The notes beneath the pieces are model-generated. The model was not told the origin of the DNA. It searched no databases and saw nothing but the letters and a program-made list of their open reading frames with translations. The position numbers and the translations under genes are program-made. Positions 62,253 through 64,000 of a stretch of DNA of 64,000 bases are shown piece by piece. Origin of the DNA: Anaerolineaceae bacterium (GTDB taxonomy: Bacteria > Chloroflexota > Anaerolineae > Anaerolineales > Anaerolineaceae); NCBI GenBank assembly GCA_034430175.1, contig DAOUFI010000023.1, forward strand, positions 16,592 to 80,591, given 5' to 3'. The stretch's first letter is position 1; every line of letters begins with the position of its first letter.

Positions 62253-63425
62253 TTACAGTGCTTCTTTCAATATCCCAAGCAGTTCGGGCTTGCCGATCCT
62301 GGCATAGCTACCGAGAGTCCTATCCTGGAGGATCTGGTCAACCATCAGCTCGAGTTTTTCGCTGCCGATGCCGACTTCTTTGAGCGTGACCGGCGCGCCC
62401 ATCTGCTTGAACAGCGCCTTGGTCTTCTCAATGGCTTCCAGACCGACTTCGTAATCCGTGCGTCCTTTCGGATCGATGCCGAATAAGTTGACGCCGTACT
62501 GGCGGTACTTGGCCGGGTGGAACTGGCACAGGTACTTCATGTACGGCGGGGTGACGATGGCCAGCCCGGCGCCGTGAGCGATGTCATAATGCGCGCTGAG
62601 CACGTGCTCGATCTCGTGGCAGCCCCAGTCTCCATCCTTGCCCACCGGGATGATGGTGTTCAATGCCATGGTACCGCACCACATCAGGTTCGCCCTGGCG
62701 TCGTAATCGTCTAACTTGTTTTCCACAACGAAGACCTGGTCAAAGATCGTGCGCATGATCGCTTCTGCCAGACCATCTTGCACAGGAGTACCATCTGGTA
62801 GGGAGAAGTAGTCTTCATAGAGGTGCGAGAGCATATCCACGCAGCCATAGGCAATCTGGTTGACCGGGACGGTGAAGGTGAGTACCGGGTCCAGGATCGA
62901 GAAAACGGGATGCATCGCCGGCACACCCGCCAGACCGATCTTTTCCTTCGTCTCCATGTTAGTGATAACAGAGTTGCCGTTCATTTCCGTGCCGGTGGCT
63001 GCCAGTGTCAGGATTGCCCCGAGCGGGACGGAACGGGTGGGGTAAGCCTTCCGTTTAAAGAAATCCCAGACCTCGCCTTCATAGGGCACACCCACCGAGA
63101 TGGCCTTGGCGCAGTCGATGACGCTGCCGCCGCCCACCGCCAGGATGAAATCAATTTTCTTCTCCCGGCAGATACGTATACCTTCATGCACGGAGGTCAG
63201 GCGTGGATTGGGCTCCACGCCGGCGAGTTCGTAGACGGTCTTGCCAGTCAATTGGCGCATCACCCGGTCATACAGACCGCTCTTTTTGATGCTGCCTCCG
63301 CCGTAGACTAGTAGTACCTTTTGGCCGTACTTCTTCATTTCGTCGGCCAGCTTATCGGTGGTGTCCCTGCCAAAAATGATGCGAGTGGGGTTCTCGAAAG
63401 TAAAATTCCTCATTGTTAATTCCAT
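62253..63425 (-). CDS. iron-containing (group III) alcohol dehydrogenase, butanol dehydrogenase/YqhD-like
   Basis: GGGSVIDCAK NAD(P)-binding motif and the His-rich metal site (HEIEHVLSAHYDIAHGAG), 390 aa. Confidence 0.88.
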   Translation of the reverse strand: MELTMRNFTFENPTRIIFGRDTTDKLADEMKKYGQKVLLVYGGGSIKKSGLYDRVMRQLTGKTVYELAGVEPNPRLTSVHEGIRICREKKIDFILAVGGGSVIDCAKAISVGVPYEGEVWDFFKRKAYPTRSVPLGAILTLAATGTEMNGNSVITNMETKEKIGLAGVPAMHPVFSILDPVLTFTVPVNQIAYGCVDMLSHLYEDYFSLPDGTPVQDGLAEAIMRTIFDQVFVVENKLDDYDARANLMWCGTMALNTIIPVGKDGDWGCHEIEHVLSAHYDIAHGAGLAIVTPPYMKYLCQFHPAKYRQYGVNLFGIDPKGRTDYEVGLEAIEKTKALFKQMGAPVTLKEVGIGSEKLELMVDQILQDRTLGSYARIGKPELLGILKEAL

Positions 63426-63428
63426 CCT

Positions 63429-64000
63429 TTATACATGGCCGACGACAGGATGCGTTACGTAAGGTTCCTCGAGATACATAACCTCTTCCTGAGTTAGTTT
63501 TACGTCGAGGGCACCAACTGCATCCTCCAGATGAGAGATCTTGGTGGCGCCGATGATCGGGGATGTTATCGGTTCTTTTTGCAGCAGCCAGGCCAGGGCA
63601 ATATGGACGCGCGGTACGCTGCGTTTTGCGGCAAGCTCGGCCACGCGTTCGATCACCGGTTTGTCTGCATCTGTGCTTGAGCCGTATTTCTTCTTCCCGA
63701 TCTCATCCGTTTGCGAGCGTAGAGTGATTTCGGCAGTGTAATCACGTGTAAGCCTGCCTGAGGCTAGCGGACTGTAAGGGATCACGCCGATCTTCTCCTC
63801 TCGACACAGCGGCAGCATTTCGCGTTCCTCTTCGCGATAGATCAGGTTCAGGTGGTCCTGCATCGAGACGAACCGGCTCCATCCGTGTTTGTCTGAGGTG
63901 TAGAGCGCCTTTTGGAATTGCCAGGCCCACATAGCTGAAGCACCGAGGTAGCGGGCCTTGCCGGCTCGGACCACGTCGTTCAACGCTTCCATTGTTTCCT
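63429..64000 (-). CDS. aldo/keto reductase, 3' part (gene continues beyond window end)
   Basis: GKARYLGASAMWAWQF, the LNLIYREEEREMLP region and ALAWLL are typical of AKR11/AKR13-type enzymes. The reading frame stays open to the window edge. Confidence 0.8.
   Translation of the reverse strand, partial: ETMEALNDVVRAGKARYLGASAMWAWQFQKALYTSDKHGWSRFVSMQDHLNLIYREEEREMLPLCREEKIGVIPYSPLASGRLTRDYTAEITLRSQTDEIGKKKYGSSTDADKPVIERVAELAAKRSVPRVHIALAWLLQKEPITSPIIGATKISHLEDAVGALDVKLTQEEVMYLEEPYVTHPVVGHV

Overview
This is a 64-kb, gene-dense bacterial chromosomal segment of roughly 50-55% GC by eye. It holds about 66 credible CDS, mostly tightly packed and often joined by ATGA or TAATG overlaps. The mix of gene families and several TATAAT boxes placed 6-9 nt before start codons (leaderless-type mRNAs) suggest a Chloroflexota or other Terrabacteria-like organism. 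That taxonomic guess is inference only.

Content from left to right:
- An exopolysaccharide or glycan locus: GT4 glycosyltransferase, MOP flippase, SDR epimerase and UDP-sugar dehydrogenase.
- Housekeeping genes: family-4 UDG, rimI, tsaB, tsaE, an MGDG-synthase-type GT28, an M50 protease, a TyrA-like gene, galK, ogt and era.
- One tRNA-Glu(CUC) with an odd tRNA-derived tandem repeat trailer.
- Hydrolases, a GNAT and a small nucleotidyltransferase two-gene module.
- A patch of decayed genes.
- A GH38 plus GPH-transporter locus.
- An orphan tandem c-di-GMP-I riboswitch array.
- A DsrE-like gene paired divergently with a His-rich mini membrane protein gene.
- psuG and a PfkB kinase.
- A PerR-peroxiredoxin-ferritin operon.
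- GH127.
- A MacAB-type efflux locus with a two-component system.
- Two paralogous MFS genes flanking an FGGY kinase and a class II aldolase.
- pepT, a CarH-type B12 photoreceptor regulator and a Rieske oxygenase.
- A TPP-riboswitch-controlled thiamine uptake and pyrophosphokinase operon, then an Fe-ADH and a partial aldo-keto reductase.

I saw no rRNA, CRISPR array, transposase, integrase, phage gene or recognisable defence island. I could not identify a convincing new multi-gene system.

The three observations most worth follow-up are:
1. The promoter-to-terminator c-di-GMP riboswitch array (28.39-28.74 kb). It has no downstream sense gene and points antisense into a convergent gene.
2. The tRNA-Glu trailer made of duplicated, hairpin-interrupted tRNA 3'-half fragments (17.19-17.46 kb).
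3. The CarH-like regulator and Rieske oxygenase region, with its hairpin-dense 474-bp leader.

All family calls come from motif recognition by eye. No database search was run.
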